Shown piece after piece: positions 43,299-55,294 of a stretch of 64,000 nt of DNA. How positions within the stretch are numbered: position 1 is the stretch's first letter; each line of letters begins with the position of its first letter. Location: contig NW_003314265.1 of the NCBI RefSeq assembly GCF_000143415.4, forward strand, positions 1,756,446-1,820,445, in the 5' to 3' direction. The translations under genes were made by a program, and so were the position numbers. Source of the stretch: Selaginella moellendorffii. Lineage: Eukaryota; Plantae; Lycopodiophyta. The notes below the pieces were generated by a model, which worked only from the letters and a program-made list of their open reading frames with translations, searched no databases and was not told where the DNA came from.

Positions 43299-43477
43299 CC
43301 TAATAGCGGAGACGCAAAGATCTATGGCGAAATCTACCTCCGCGATTGCAATGTGGCTGATCCGGCCGCGCGCCGGCCCTCGCTGGGCGCCCCCGCCGCG
43401 ATCGCTCCCCGCTTAAACCCTGCCGCAAATTAGGGCTCCTGGTTTGACAATGGCGTCACTATATTTCCATGGAACCA

Positions 43478-44606
43478 TTACATGGGGATTTTCTTCTCCC
43501 ACGATCTCTTGCAGCTATCTGGCGCTCTGAATCGAAATCTCTTTTCCTGGATGGGCGACGCCATGAAATCCTGCCAATCTTCCATCGTGAGCTTCAAATC
43601 GGCCAGCTTGGCCGTCATGCCCTTGCAGCAATTGGCGTGCATCGTGACGATCTTGCCCATGTCGCGCGCCCCGACGTCCCCGAAGTTGCTAAACAGTGAT
43701 GTCGGCAGGAAATCTACACGAATTTCGAGCGCGCCAAACTCCGGGGACGATCGAAACGCGTTGAAAACCTGCTGCTCGTTCTTGCCCGGCTGCTGCTCCA
43801 TCCGCGACGCCCAGAATTTGTAGAGCTTGATCGTCCTGGCGTTGGACCTGGCGTGGATGAATCCCGTGTTTGCTTTGCTCCTGCTCGCATTGCCTCGATG
43901 GAATACGTCGCACGAGACTGCGATGTCGGCAGCGCCGCGATTGAGATGGTTCCAAGGATTGCGGAGCCAAAGAACGTCCAAGTCCTGCAAGGAATTTCTT
44001 CTCAAAAGATCATCGAGGAAAAGTGCCAGATCTTGCCGTGAAGATGAAATTATATCCCAGCTCGAGAACTTCCCCGAGGAACTCCACTCTGCGCTTCATC
44101 ATCCAGACGAAATCCTGCGACATAAACAGGGCCTCCCGCGACGAGAAATCCACGCCGCCGGTCTCGAGGAGGAGGCAATGCTTGTGGATCGCGAGGCAGC
44201 GCTGGTGAGCAACCTCGTCGAGGCTCACGAGCACCAGATTCTCCAGCAATTCAGCGGTCTTGTTCCCGGATCTAAAGCCTCCAAGGAAGAGATCAAGGAG
44301 CGCCCCTTCTTCCGCCCATGCCTTGTTCAAGCTCGCCAAGATCACATTTTTACCTCCGTCGCTCGCGCTTGCGAGCACGGCCTCGCGATGGTTTCCAGGC
44401 GTGATCGCCATGCCTTGCTGCTGCCAAGGAAAGCCAAGTTACTCGAGAGTTCCACTCGCATTTCAGTGAATAGTCGTTACCATTGTGTGGTCTTTGGAGT
44501 ACGAGGTGGCGAAGGACGTATCATCGTGAGTGCTCGCAATCAAGAAAACTACGAAGGCTGCAATGGAGATCACAAGACACACTTGCTGGAGCGCCAGAGA
44601 AGCCAT
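43478..44606 (-). CDS. Nucleotide-diphospho-sugar transferase family protein (type II membrane; three exons)
   Basis: N-terminal TM; LLDLFLGGFR, VLELGYNFIFT, DLDVLWLRNP, ANTGF, NEQQVFN, TMHANCC. Confidence 0.88.
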
Positions 44607-44790
44607 AGCTCTTTGTCACGACAAGAGATGCTGCATTATTGCTCAGGAGAAAGGGAATCGTTGGTTCCACACTTTCTTCCAAAGTTCAACTCTCTGGAGA
44701 ACCATAGCTTTCAGTCTACATGGACGTCACTCAAGAAAGTTTCAAAGTAGTGGTTCCATTTGGCTTTTCTTCAAAACTGCAGGGAGTAAA

Positions 44791-44863
44791 TCCGTTGTAG
44801 TCTAGTTGGTCAGGATACTCGGCTCTCACCCGAGCGACCCGGGTTCAAGTCCCGGCAACGGAA
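44791..44863 (+). tRNA. tRNA-Glu(CTC)
   Basis: Cloverleaf: acceptor TCCGTTG/CAACGGA, anticodon arm CTCGG-CT-CTC-AC-CCGAG, T arm CCGGG-TTCAAGT-CCCGG. Confidence 0.96.
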
Positions 44864-44907
44864 CAATCTCGCTAATAACGCGATTATATACGTTCAATTT
44901 ATCCTTC

Positions 44908-46848
44908 CTAGTGTTCCTTTTTTATGGCCTCGCAGGGAACTTCCGAGCGATAGTTCTGGTACTGCTTGAATGCCACTAGAGAGAAGAATGCTGCAAAACA
45001 CGAGACATAAATCCCTGCGCTAGAAACCAAACGAAGACCATACCGATCCAAAACCTTGAAGACGTGGAGAGAAATTTCCAAATGAGAACAGCAGCAACCC
45101 CGGCCACCATTTTCTTGTGAGGACAACTCTCCCAGCCGGAACTGAAGTGGGACACGAGATGAATCCCTGCATTTGATGTGTTTGTCAACGAGGAAAACAC
45201 GGACCACGGAGTCAATGCTCTCACCTTTTTCGTGGAGCTGAGCCGTGTACGACACGTAGAACTTTGGCACAAGGAAGGCTCCAAAGAACGCTACAGCATA
45301 CGGGATCATGCGACTGCGAGATGGAAAGGCGACAGCGCTTACCAAGTCGGAAGATATTCCACAGTGACATCCAATACCCCACATGAGCTACGCACCACAG
45401 AGTTGCGGCAACCTGCAAAAACACAAGTATCACAGAGATTTGGAGCGTGTACTACCAAAAAACCTTGAGCGTCGTCCCCGGATCACCAGAGAATAGCTGC
45501 GAAAACTTAAAAAGCACGGCGTTGAAAGCTGGCAGTGCGCCTCTTGTCAGCTCCAACGCTGCGGCTTCACTTATCTTCCAGGAATCGCTTGAAGAAGACG
45601 GCGCTCTACACGGACCATTTCAAAAGTTAGTGTGACAGCACTTTGGTGGAGAACCTTCTCAGAATGTTAATTCTGAAGAAAACAGCCGATAAATACGTCA
45701 ATGCCAAGTACGACAGAGTCGTGACAATGCTGCAAAACGGGACGATTTAGCAAAAAGCTTCAGAATAGAATCACTCACTTCAAATGGATATCTTGCATAA
45801 GCGAGGCAGACAAAATGGCAAAAGCGCCAGCTCCAAAAATGAGCGACGACGTCGAGAAATCGCGCCACAGTATCACGTTCACTGCCAGAATCAAAAAAGG
45901 TCACAGGAATGGATCATCGCAATCGAAACACTTACTGACAAGCTGCATCCAGTCCTCCTTGTGTGAACTTTGATCTGTAAAAGACGTCGTAAATGTCAAA
46001 GAGAAAAAGAAAGACAAGGCTTTCAAATCAAAGCCTAAATCGTCATGGTCTAAACTTACACTCGAGACTAGACAAACACCCTCACCTCTTCCCGGAGGTC
46101 TGGAATGAAAAGAGGGCGATCCATTGACGCTACTGGCGCGTCCACCGAATGAAAAAGACGACGGCAGCGAAGCAAACAGCTCGGTGGCCTTCTGCTTGAA
46201 CTGACGAGAATTCTTCTGGACTGGACTGGCTTTGAGCTGGATTGGATCGCTCTCCGGTTCCACGGGCTCAACCTTCACCGCCACAGGAACCGGTTGCCTC
46301 AGCACATTCCCCTCCACAGTCTGCTCGCAAGGCACCTCCACATTCCCACCACCATTGCCACCATTTCTCTCACGCACCGCATCGCCCCGCTGCTTTTTAG
46401 CACTACCATTTCGCATGGAAAAGGCCATGGCTTCTCCGCTACGTCTCACCACCTGATCCTCCGATCGCGAGAGCTTATCGTACCTCAATCGCCTCGCGGA
46501 GCGGCCATTCTCCTCGGCTTGCATCCGAGAGAGAATGGCGTTCCTGACGCTCTCCTCGTCGATGTCCATGGAATCGGGCACTCCTGCCACAGCCGGCATG
46601 ATACGATCCGGGACCGAAACGGCCCGCCTGAAAACCCTAGCCTCGGAGGAATGGGGAGGAGCTGGAGCTGGCGCAATGCTACCGTTAGCGGCCGATTCCT
46701 CGCTCGTGCCCAGCTGCTGCGGGTGAATGCTCGCCGGCAGCGATCGAGATTGCGACAATGTAGCTCCGGAAGCGGTGGCAGAGGAGATCGAAGAGGAGGA
46801 AGGGGACGGCGTGCGCCTGGCGACCAGCATTGGCGACGATCTCCTCAT
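44908..46848 (-). CDS. Reticulon-like protein with a long N-terminal extension (RTNLB17/18/21 type); multi-exon
   Basis: LFSGDPGTTLKV, AFFGAFLVPKFYVSY and WESCPHKKMV motifs; hydrophobic hairpins; start codon approximate. Confidence 0.8.
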
Positions 46849-47056
46849 CGCCTCTGCTCTATCTCTATAAACCCTAGCTCCGTTGATGGAGGGGGCCAAT
46901 AGCAAGCGGGAAAAGCGACGCTGGCCGTTGGGTTTTTTCGAAAGCTAAATGCCCTCAAATCAGTATAAGATTCCTTGCACGTGTCGCACGCATGCAGCCG
47001 TTGGATCCATCCAAACTCGCCAATTTTGAGCATAGTAAATTCACAATTTTTATAAG

Positions 47057-48091
47057 TTATAATCCAAGCCGGAGCGACAAATCTATGCCACCACCAGCGC
47101 TACCGCCACCGCCACCGCCACCGCCACCACCACCGCCGCCACCATAATTACCACCGCCACCACCACCATTCTGGCTATCACCATTTTGGCCTTGACCATG
47201 GCTGTAGCCATTGACCGGCTTGGACTTCCGGAAGTTCTCGTCGACACACCGACGCATGAACTCACCCGTGCGGAAGCTGGCAGCGCCGGCGGGCCGTGCA
47301 AACGTCATCGCCGGCTGTCGCAGGGAACTGGACTTCCCGATGTTTGCTCTTGGGGACAGCGACGACCACGCGGCAGCTCCCGGATGTTGGGAGCTGGCTG
47401 CCGCCGCCGCTGGCTGCGGGACGCACATAGTGTTGGCCACCATTGGCGTCGTGGAGTGGGCTTGGAGTCCCATGGACTGGACGCGGAAGGGAGCGGCGCC
47501 ACCGGAGAATCTTGCACCGCCACCGCCGTGGTTCTGGTGGTGGTACCGCGACCAGGAGCCGTTGAAGCTGGCGAGGTTGCTGGTGTGGCAGCGGAGAGCC
47601 CGGCGGGCCGCCGACCTCTCGCGCTTGTGCGCATTTTGGTGGCCGCCCAGCGCCTGGGAGCTTGAGAATTTGCGGTCGCAAAAGGTGCAGGAGAAGTGGC
47701 GGCAGGGGCTCGATTGCGTGGCGGCCGTAGACGCTGGCGTGGGCGTGGCCACCTCGGCCGCCTGATCCTGATCTGACGCTACAGAGGCCGACGATCGGGA
47801 AGTAGAGTGCTGGCACCCGGCGCTCAGGAAATCCGTGGCCGCCAGCTCCCTCGCCGCCTCCTCCTCCACCAATTCCTCCCTCCAATCCTTCCGTGCATCA
47901 TCGTTCCTCCTGGCCTCCTCCTCCTCCTCCTCCTCCTCCTCCTCCTTCTTCTCCTCCTCCTCCTCGACCGCCTCTTCCTCCTCTTCCTCCTCCTCCTCCC
48001 CCCGCTGCCGCCACTCGATCTCCTGCTCACCTGATCGATCTTCCCGATCCAGCGTCACTCGGTCCGCCTGGAGGCCGCCATCGATTTGCAT
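47057..48091 (-). CDS. Single C2H2 (QALGGH) zinc-finger protein with a C-terminal EAR repression motif
   Basis: [27 protein letters not shown]; terminal IDLSLRLGL; poly-Glu and poly-Gly tracts; start taken at MQIDGG. Confidence 0.92.
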   Translation of the reverse strand: MQIDGGLQADRVTLDREDRSGEQEIEWRQRGEEEEEEEEEAVEEEEEKKEEEEEEEEEEARRNDDARKDWREELVEEEAARELAATDFLSAGCQHSTSRSSASVASDQDQAAEVATPTPASTAATQSSPCRHFSCTFCDRKFSSSQALGGHQNAHKRERSAARRALRCHTSNLASFNGSWSRYHHQNHGGGGARFSGGAAPFRVQSMGLQAHSTTPMVANTMCVPQPAAAAASSQHPGAAAWSSLSPRANIGKSSSLRQPAMTFARPAGAASFRTGEFMRRCVDENFRKSKPVNGYSHGQGQNGDSQNGGGGGGNYGGGGGGGGGGGGGGSAGGGIDLSLRLGL

Positions 48092-48296
48092 CACCGACCT
48101 CTCTTCTCGCTTTCTCTCTCTATCCTTGCCCTCAAGCTTGTGCTCTCTTGCGATCTCTCCTCTCTCGTGCTCGATTGGTGGAGCCCTAGCGAAGCGATAG
48201 ATATGAAGCAAACACAACTATTAAGCAAGAAGGCCAAGCTGGGTGTGAGTTTGTGTCAGGCTGACAGGAGCCTTCTTCCCATTGTGGAAAACTGCG

Positions 48297-48652
48297 CTAC
48301 GTGGCAAGGGGCATATTCGGGGGATACAATCCTGGCGATCACGGGGTTGAAGGGTCGGCTCTTGGCAAAGCCCCAATGGTCAAGAAGAGTCAACAATTAG
48401 TAAGATCCCGACAAAAACTCCCGGACGATGTTTAGCAAAAGGCCGGTTCAAATTTAGGGAAATTCCAAAGTTTAGCAAAAAGGTCTGTTCGAATCCGGCG
48501 TGGCGTTAGGCACACATGGGGCTCCAGAGCATATGACACGTCGAGATCTAGTTGAGGCTTGGCAGCCGTCGGATAAGTCGCATATTCTTAGAGCTGATAA
48601 ACCTCCTACGTGGCGACAAGACACGTGGGGTTCCAAACGTATGCCACGTGGA
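48297..48652. promoter_or_regulatory. Cluster of G-box/ABRE-like ACGT elements in the divergent zinc finger-tetraspanin promoter
   Basis: TACGTGGC (twice), GACACGTC, GACACGTGG, GCCACGTGG. Confidence 0.5.
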
Positions 48653-48923
48653 AATCTAATTGGCGCTTTGGCAACCGTTGGATGAGTCAATTCAAGTTCA
48701 GAAGAAAGTCTTTGACAAAGTCGAGATTGGAGGTCGTCACCGAAGGAGCCTAGCAATGTCACCATACTTGCGAACGCGTCTTGAGCTATGTATAGAAGAC
48801 GTCGCGCGTGGGGCTGCCCTCCATCCTCCTCGCATTGCCTCTTTTTCTCCATTCTCGTTGATCGATAGAGTGTAATTCTCGCCGCGATTCATTCAATCAT
48901 TCCATCGATCGAGCGCGGCAGCC

Positions 48924-49903
48924 ATGGGCGCCAGCAACTATGTCACCGGGATCATCAACTTCTGCACGTTGGTGCTCTCCATCCCGATCATCGGCGCTGG
49001 AATCTGGCTCGCCTCCAAGGGCGACACCGAGTGCGTGCGATTCCTCCAGTGGCCCGTGATCGCCATTGGCGTCTTCATCCTCGTCGTCTCCATCGCGGGA
49101 TTCATCGGCGGCTGCTGCCGCGTCGCGTGGCTCCTCTGGTTCTACCTCTTCGCCATGTTCTTGCTCATCCTCCTCCTCCTCATCTTCACCGCGCTCGCCT
49201 TCGTCGTCACCAACAGGGGCGCCGGCCACGCGCTCTCCAATCGCGGCTACAAGGACTACCGCCTCGGGGACTACTCGACGTGGCTCCAGCGATATGTGGA
49301 GAAGCCCAGAAACTGGCGCCGGATCGGCAGCTGCCTCAGGGATTCCAGGGTCTGCAACGATCTCGACGGCGATTACAACACCCGGGACCGGTTCTACGCG
49401 GCCAATCTCTCGCCAATCCAGGTCAGTCACACGCAATTCCTCCCCAAATCTCATTCTTCTCCCAATTTGGATCCTCTGTTTTTGTCTTGAGTTCTTCCTG
49501 GCATTGCACTCCAAATCTTCTCCAATTCCGATCAATGCTCTCGGATTTCTCATCGATTTGTTTTGGTTTCCAGTCCGGATGCTGCAAGCCCCCCACCGAT
49601 TGTAACTTCCAGTTCCAAAACGCCACCACCTGGCTTCCATCCCCGACCGCGGCTCCCGCGAACGCCACCGAGCGCGACTGCACGACCTGGAGCAACGATC
49701 GCAGCCAGCTCTGCTACAACTGCGATTCCTGCAAGGCCGGCCTCATCCAAAACATCAAGTCCAAATACAAGAGCGTCGCCATAGTCAATGCCGTTGTCCT
49801 CGTCTTGCTCGTCGTCGTCTACTCCATTGGCTGCTGCGCCTTTAGAAACGCCCGCAGGCAAGGGAACTATGGCCATGGTGGCTACTACTACGGCAAGGCT
49901 TAG
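48924..49903 (+). CDS. TET: Plant tetraspanin (two exons, intron 49422-49573)
   Basis: Four TM segments, YRLGDYSTWLQ, SPIQ|SGCCKPP, LCYNCDSCKAG. Confidence 0.95.
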
Positions 49904-51103
49904 CTTGTCAACTCCATAGCCATTTCTTCTTCCTCAGTGGAGTGTTTTTCGCTGCTCCCGATATTCTTTTCTTTTCTTTTCATTGTTTTGTATAGCTTGG
50001 ATTGTTTCTATACGTGAATATCATTGACTTCGAGCTCCTGGAAAACGATCTATGAAAACGCGTTAAGGAGAAGGAAAAGTCGAGAGGAAACGACCACCAC
50101 GCTTACGCCAAAAGCTTGAGCTTACCTACCTAGAATACACTGTAAATCCGACAAAGTCTTGATTCGATTGTACGAAACCGAGAAACCTTCAAGCGAAAAT
50201 CAGAACACTCTCGCGATTGATAACTTACATTGCGGGCCTTGTCGCTTGACAATTACTGGAAAGACAAATTGTAGAGTCGTGCTCTCCTGTGAAAGATAGA
50301 GGCATCAGATAATGGAGCTAGAGCTTAATTCTCACCTTGCTCTGAGCAACTCTTGACGCTCTAAAGTGAATAATCAGTCTAGCGAGCCAATACTAAAGTA
50401 AAAAGTCTCAGCACAACCATACATTTATTAGTATAACAATTATTATAAATTCAAACCATTAGTCTCTCCAGTATTTCAATCATTTGGAGACTCTTGAATA
50501 GAACATCCATTGGCAAGAATTTTAGAACAAACTTTCCTTTGGGTAGCCATCGAGTGTAAGACGCTATAAAACCTCGCATCAGTACAGAAAAAGAGAAAAG
50601 AAAAAGAGGACAAATCTCATTACCAGCATTCTGTTCCAACCCGGAAGATCCGAAGTAAAAGGAATACTGGGAGACAGGCAGCGAATCGGTGTATACGTAG
50701 ATTTCTTCATTGAGTTGTTCTTGAAACTTTCGCAGTTCAAGTAGGCTTGTTTAGTTGTCCCAAAGAAAAAGAAAGAAACTCCTGTGATCACTGTGCCTAT
50801 TACCGTGCACAAAGTGTCGCTTGGGGCAGAATTAGAGCAAATTAAAGAACACGGGGGTAAGATGAACTCGTTCTCGACGTCCGTCTCGACTTTTACTGAT
50901 CCTTGTTTTTCATGTGTTGTTTTCATATTGACACAGCGCAGTCCAGTTATCAGTGTCTTCAACGGCAAGCGTTTCTCCCCTTCACGCACTCTGTTTTTTT
51001 TTTTGCATTCAGCTTGTTTGAGTTGTTTACATTGTTTCTTTTCTATTTAAAATGCCAATGGCGTGCAAGAAGGAGAGACAAACGACACAGTGACACAGTC
51101 AAA

Positions 51104-51167
51104 GATGGTATGCTCAAACCTAGCATCTTCAAACGTTGAGGAAGATGCTAGGTTTGAGCATACCATC
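51104..51167. repeat. Perfect inverted repeat, 27-bp arms and 10-nt loop
   Basis: GATGGTATGCTCAAACCTAGCATCTTC-AAACGTTGAG-GAAGATGCTAGGTTTGAGCATACCATC. Confidence 0.95.
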
Positions 51168-51510
51168 GCCTCCCGCCTTTCTTGATCTTACCCTACGGAA
51201 TCGTCTCATTCGTTTCCAGCAGCCTCTTAAAAAAGGAGCTCGTTTCATGTTTTCCTTGGACATTGAGCTGTGTTGAGTCTTATCATTTTTAAACCTTCAG
51301 CTCTTGAGTTTCGACATTGAGAGTTTGCCACGTTGAGCGAACACGAATTCTTCAGATCGTTCTCTTAGATCTTTAGAAGATTCAAAGCTCGCAGCTACAG
51401 AGCACTGGCACAAATCTCTCCAAAGCCATGTGTCCACTCCTGGAGCTCCAAAGGAAAAAAAAAAAGAGAAGTAAATCTAGGGTTCTTGGAATGACATTGT
51501 GAAATGGGGG

Positions 51511-52992
51511 ATGGCAGCCGCGGCCCTGGCGAGGAGATTCGAGGAGCGCATCAGGGCGTGCGCCATCGGGCGGAAGCTCCACGAAGCCAAGATCCTCCAC
51601 GACGAGATCGCCCGCAGCCCCCACGGCGACAACCGCCGCCTCACCAATCTCCTCATCGACCTCTTCGGCAAATGCGGCGACCCCGACACCGCGCGCGCGG
51701 TGTTCAATCGCGTCCGGCTGCCCAACGAGTACTCGTGGAGCTGCATCATCCAGGCGTACGTGAGCAGCTCCCGGATCCACGACGCGCGCGCCCTCTTCGA
51801 CTCCATGCCGGGATTCGACGCCTTCACCTGGAACATCATGATCGCGGCCTACGCGCGCATCAATCGCCTGGACGACGCGCGCGAGCTCTTCCACGGGATG
51901 ATCTCCGGTCGGGACGTGGTGAGCTGGGCGATCCTCGTCGCGGGCTACGCGCGGCACGACCGGCTCGAGGAGGCCAGCGCGCTCTTCCGGCGGATGCCGC
52001 TCTGGGACACGGTCACTTGCACGTCGGTCCTCCAGGGATATGCCCACAACGGGCATCTGGCCGAGGCTCAGGAGCTCTTCGATCGGATCGGTGGCGCCGG
52101 CGATCGCGACGCCACTGCTTGCAACGCGATGATCGCGGCCTATGGGAAGAACGCCCGCGTCGATCTCGCCGAAGGGCTCTTCGCGCAGATCAAGCTGCGC
52201 AATGCGGCGTCTTGGTCCTTGCTGCTCCTCACCTATGCCCAGAACGGGCATCTGGATCTTGCCAAGAAAAGCTTCGATCGGATGCCCCAGCGCGACTCGA
52301 TCGCCTTCACCGCGATGACCGCCGTGCTCTCCGACCAAGGCGAGCTCCGCGGCGCGAGAGAGATGCTGCGATACCTCTCCGCGGTGGACGTGATCGCGTG
52401 GAATGCGCTGCTCGAGGGATATTCCCGGACCGGGGATCTTGACGAGGTGAGGAGGCTGTTCTCCGCCATGGAGCACCGCACGGTAGCCACGTGGACGATC
52501 GCGATCCAGGGGCACGCGCAGTACGGCCACGGATCCGACGCCCTGGATCTCTTCCTGGAGATGCTGCTCGAGGGCGTGGGCATTGACGGGCAGACGATGA
52601 TGGGCGTGCTGGCGGCGTGCGCGCATCTAGGGCTCCTCGATCCGGCGAGGGATTACCTCGTGTCCATGGCGGGCGATCACGGCGTGGCCTGCGATCCGGG
52701 CCACTACGGGTGCATGGTGAGCGTGCTGTGCAAGGCCGGGCGCCTCGATCTGGCGGAGGAATTGCTCGACACGATGCCTGTGATCGCAGACGTGGTCGCC
52801 TGGACAGCGTTTCTGGATGCGTGCAAGATGTTTGGGGAGGCGGATCGAGGCGCCAGAGCCGCGGGCGAGATCACGCTGCTCAATCCCATGATGTCCTCGG
52901 CGTATGCCATGTTCTCCGAGCTCGCATTGAGCGAGCAGGATGAGGAGCTCGACTCGTGGCGGGCATCCAGTCGTGAGATTTGTTGTTCTTGA
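51511..52992 (+). CDS. PLS-class PPR protein with E domain (no DYW), intronless
   Basis: Many short (about 31 aa) repeats such as ARALFDSMP...WNIMIAAYA; HYGCMVSVLCKAGRL; E motif. Confidence 0.92.
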   Translation: MAAAALARRFEERIRACAIGRKLHEAKILHDEIARSPHGDNRRLTNLLIDLFGKCGDPDTARAVFNRVRLPNEYSWSCIIQAYVSSSRIHDARALFDSMPGFDAFTWNIMIAAYARINRLDDARELFHGMISGRDVVSWAILVAGYARHDRLEEASALFRRMPLWDTVTCTSVLQGYAHNGHLAEAQELFDRIGGAGDRDATACNAMIAAYGKNARVDLAEGLFAQIKLRNAASWSLLLLTYAQNGHLDLAKKSFDRMPQRDSIAFTAMTAVLSDQGELRGAREMLRYLSAVDVIAWNALLEGYSRTGDLDEVRRLFSAMEHRTVATWTIAIQGHAQYGHGSDALDLFLEMLLEGVGIDGQTMMGVLAACAHLGLLDPARDYLVSMAGDHGVACDPGHYGCMVSVLCKAGRLDLAEELLDTMPVIADVVAWTAFLDACKMFGEADRGARAAGEITLLNPMMSSAYAMFSELALSEQDEELDSWRASSREICCS

Positions 52993-53109
52993 GGGGAGCT
53001 GCCATCGTCGCAGCGCGAGAAACTCTCGAGGTACATTCCGGCAACTCGAGAAGGGAGAGAATCATTTGCCGAATATTCCTAGTTTGAAAAATTGTTCCAA
53101 CGTTAACTT

Positions 53110-54920
53110 ATGCAGGAAGAAGCTCGAGTGAAAGAAGCTCAACAAGAAGAAGAGAGGATGAAGTTCGAGGAAGCAAGTACTCCGGTTTGTATTTTTTTCT
53201 TTTTCCCCGTGAAACGTTTTAAGTGGTTTTTGTAGGAAGTGGAAGCATAAGACTGATGTTATCGTGGAGGCTGCCAGTGTGCGAAAACTACGAGCCCGAG
53301 CGGCTGTCATCAATGATCCTTGGCTTGCCGATCCAACACGGACGAACGTACGTTTCTCGAGTCTCAAAGCAGGGACTCGCCAAAGAAGACTTGGACCATT
53401 TAAAAACGCATCGAGTCTCGCTTCTCTACAGCATGTGGAAGTTCTTGGACGTGTCGGAAATAGTTTCTCCGGTTCTCAGTGCTAAAAATCCATGGGCGAA
53501 AACTATTTACTGGAAACTGGTTTTCTGCATGGGAGACAATTCGTCCAAGGGACGAGGCAGTGAGCTTCCGGCGCAGTGGCTGAGGTCGAAGCTGATCGGA
53601 AATCTGGAAGGGAACACAGTAGCATAGTACGTCTCGAGCAACGTCGAAAACGTGCCATTGCGAGATTAATCTCGACAGAAGCTTCCAGCCAAGTATCAAC
53701 GGGGAAAGCGTTCTCTTGTTCTGGGTTGACGAAGGCTCGCCTCTAAGCAGGATGCGCAGCAAGCTACATTCGCTGGTGGAATCTCTTCCGACTGGGACCT
53801 CTGTGCCGCTGTTGGTATTTTCAAGTGGCTTTGGATCAGACGAAGGCGATCTCAACAGATGGCCGCCACCAGAAGAAGAGTTGGCGCTGCTGCTTCAGCT
53901 ACACAGATTGGACGGCGACAAGATCAGCAGCTGGATAGTTTTATCGACCACTGGGAAAAGCGAACACGAGTTCTACTGCAGTGAGACTCTAGCCAGGGGT
54001 ATTGAGTGGCTCGCGACTTTAGCGCCGGCTCAGCCAGAGCTTCATGCTGTGGATCTCCGCGACTTGGTGGCAGAAAAGCTCTACTCTACGTTAAACTCGT
54101 CACGGGAAGAAACCAAAGCCGGGCCCGGAGACTACGTCTTCAGCAAAGCGCTCCACGACGCTACAGCGGAGGTGACAAATGCCGCTGGAGCTCTGCCGAC
54201 TGCCTCCCTTTCCTCGTCTTGACGAACGAACCACGTTTGCTCTGGCTCTCTCACCATTGTCGGCGGCGGCTCCCCGACTGCGTGAGAGCTCAATACATGT
54301 CTCTACTGGAAGTGTACCTGAGCAAGCTCGGCTACGAAGAACCGGAGGCTAACCGTGTCGCAGCCAGCATTTTGGATGGAGCAGTGAGCCTGGCTGCGCG
54401 ACCTGGCGTCGGGTGTTCCGGAGCATTTTCTGGACGAAGCTGATGCGTCCCAACAGCGAGCCTCCCCGACGGTTTATCTCTTGCGCGAGATCTCCTTTCA
54501 CAGAGACGTGGTAGGGGCGTTTGCTTCTCGGCTCCAAGGTGGCAACGTCCCCGAGTCGATCCAGGTGAGTTTTGTAGAGAGATACAACCAGCAGTACACC
54601 GAGGCCGAGACTGCCTGTAATACTGCAACTTCAAAGCCAGAGGACGTTATGCTCAGGCACGAGCTCAAGTACCTGAGAAGCGGAGATGAGCTCGAGCTAC
54701 TTCCGAAGGCCAACCGAGGCACGACTGGACGAGCTAGTGGCAAGGCTGGACAAAAGGCTGGATGAAAACACTCAGGCAGCAGCGACTGGAATGGAAGAAA
54801 TTCTTCGGCCGTGGACAGGACACGAAGCTGCTCGTGCTCACGCCAGAGGGGATCGACTTGGAAATTTTGGAAGTGACGAGCCCGAGGTCTTCAAGCTCGG
54901 AGAGCTACAAGAGGTTTAAC
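53110..54920 (+). pseudogene. SAC3/GANP family (SAC3B-like) C-terminal region, frameshifted fragment
   Basis: LDVSEIVSPVLSAKNPWAKTIYWKLV, WLRSKL, LVESLPTGTSVPLLV and LARGIEWLA..APAQPELHAVDLRDLV resemble the plant SAC3B C-terminus; split across frames; no N-terminal SAC3 domain. Confidence 0.65.
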
Positions 54921-55294
54921 GAGCTCTTGAGTAGCTGCCCAGACGCTCATCTCTGGCAAGCTACTTTGGTGTTTTATACTAACTACTTGACAAATGTTTG
55001 TAAATGTATTCATTTTTTTTCAAGGAAACCACAGGGTAGCTTTCTGTAGATCGTCTCGTTTTGCCACTGCCAAAGCGTACACTTCCATCTACCCATCGTT
55101 ATGGAACGTTGTTCTATGTCACCATTGCAATCTCATGGCGTTGCAAAAACAAAAGGAAGTTAGAGAAACCATAATGAAAACTAAAGAGAACATAGACCTG
55201 GGGTTGAAACCTCTCAGTTCGTTGAACAAGCATTTTGGTTAGAACAAGCACCTGTCAAACTTCGACTTCCATATCCTTGAACAGCTGGAGTTTT

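Noticed and set aside
43827-44750. 307-aa + strand ORF
   Set aside because: Antisense shadow of the NDP-sugar transferase gene
50451-51050. Short ORFs between the tetraspanin and the PPR
   Set aside because: No recognisable domain or consistent exon structure
51382-52626. Long antisense or alternative-frame ORFs over GC-rich PPR genes (also 61803-62756)
   Set aside because: Expected from high GC3 codon bias; no independent evidence
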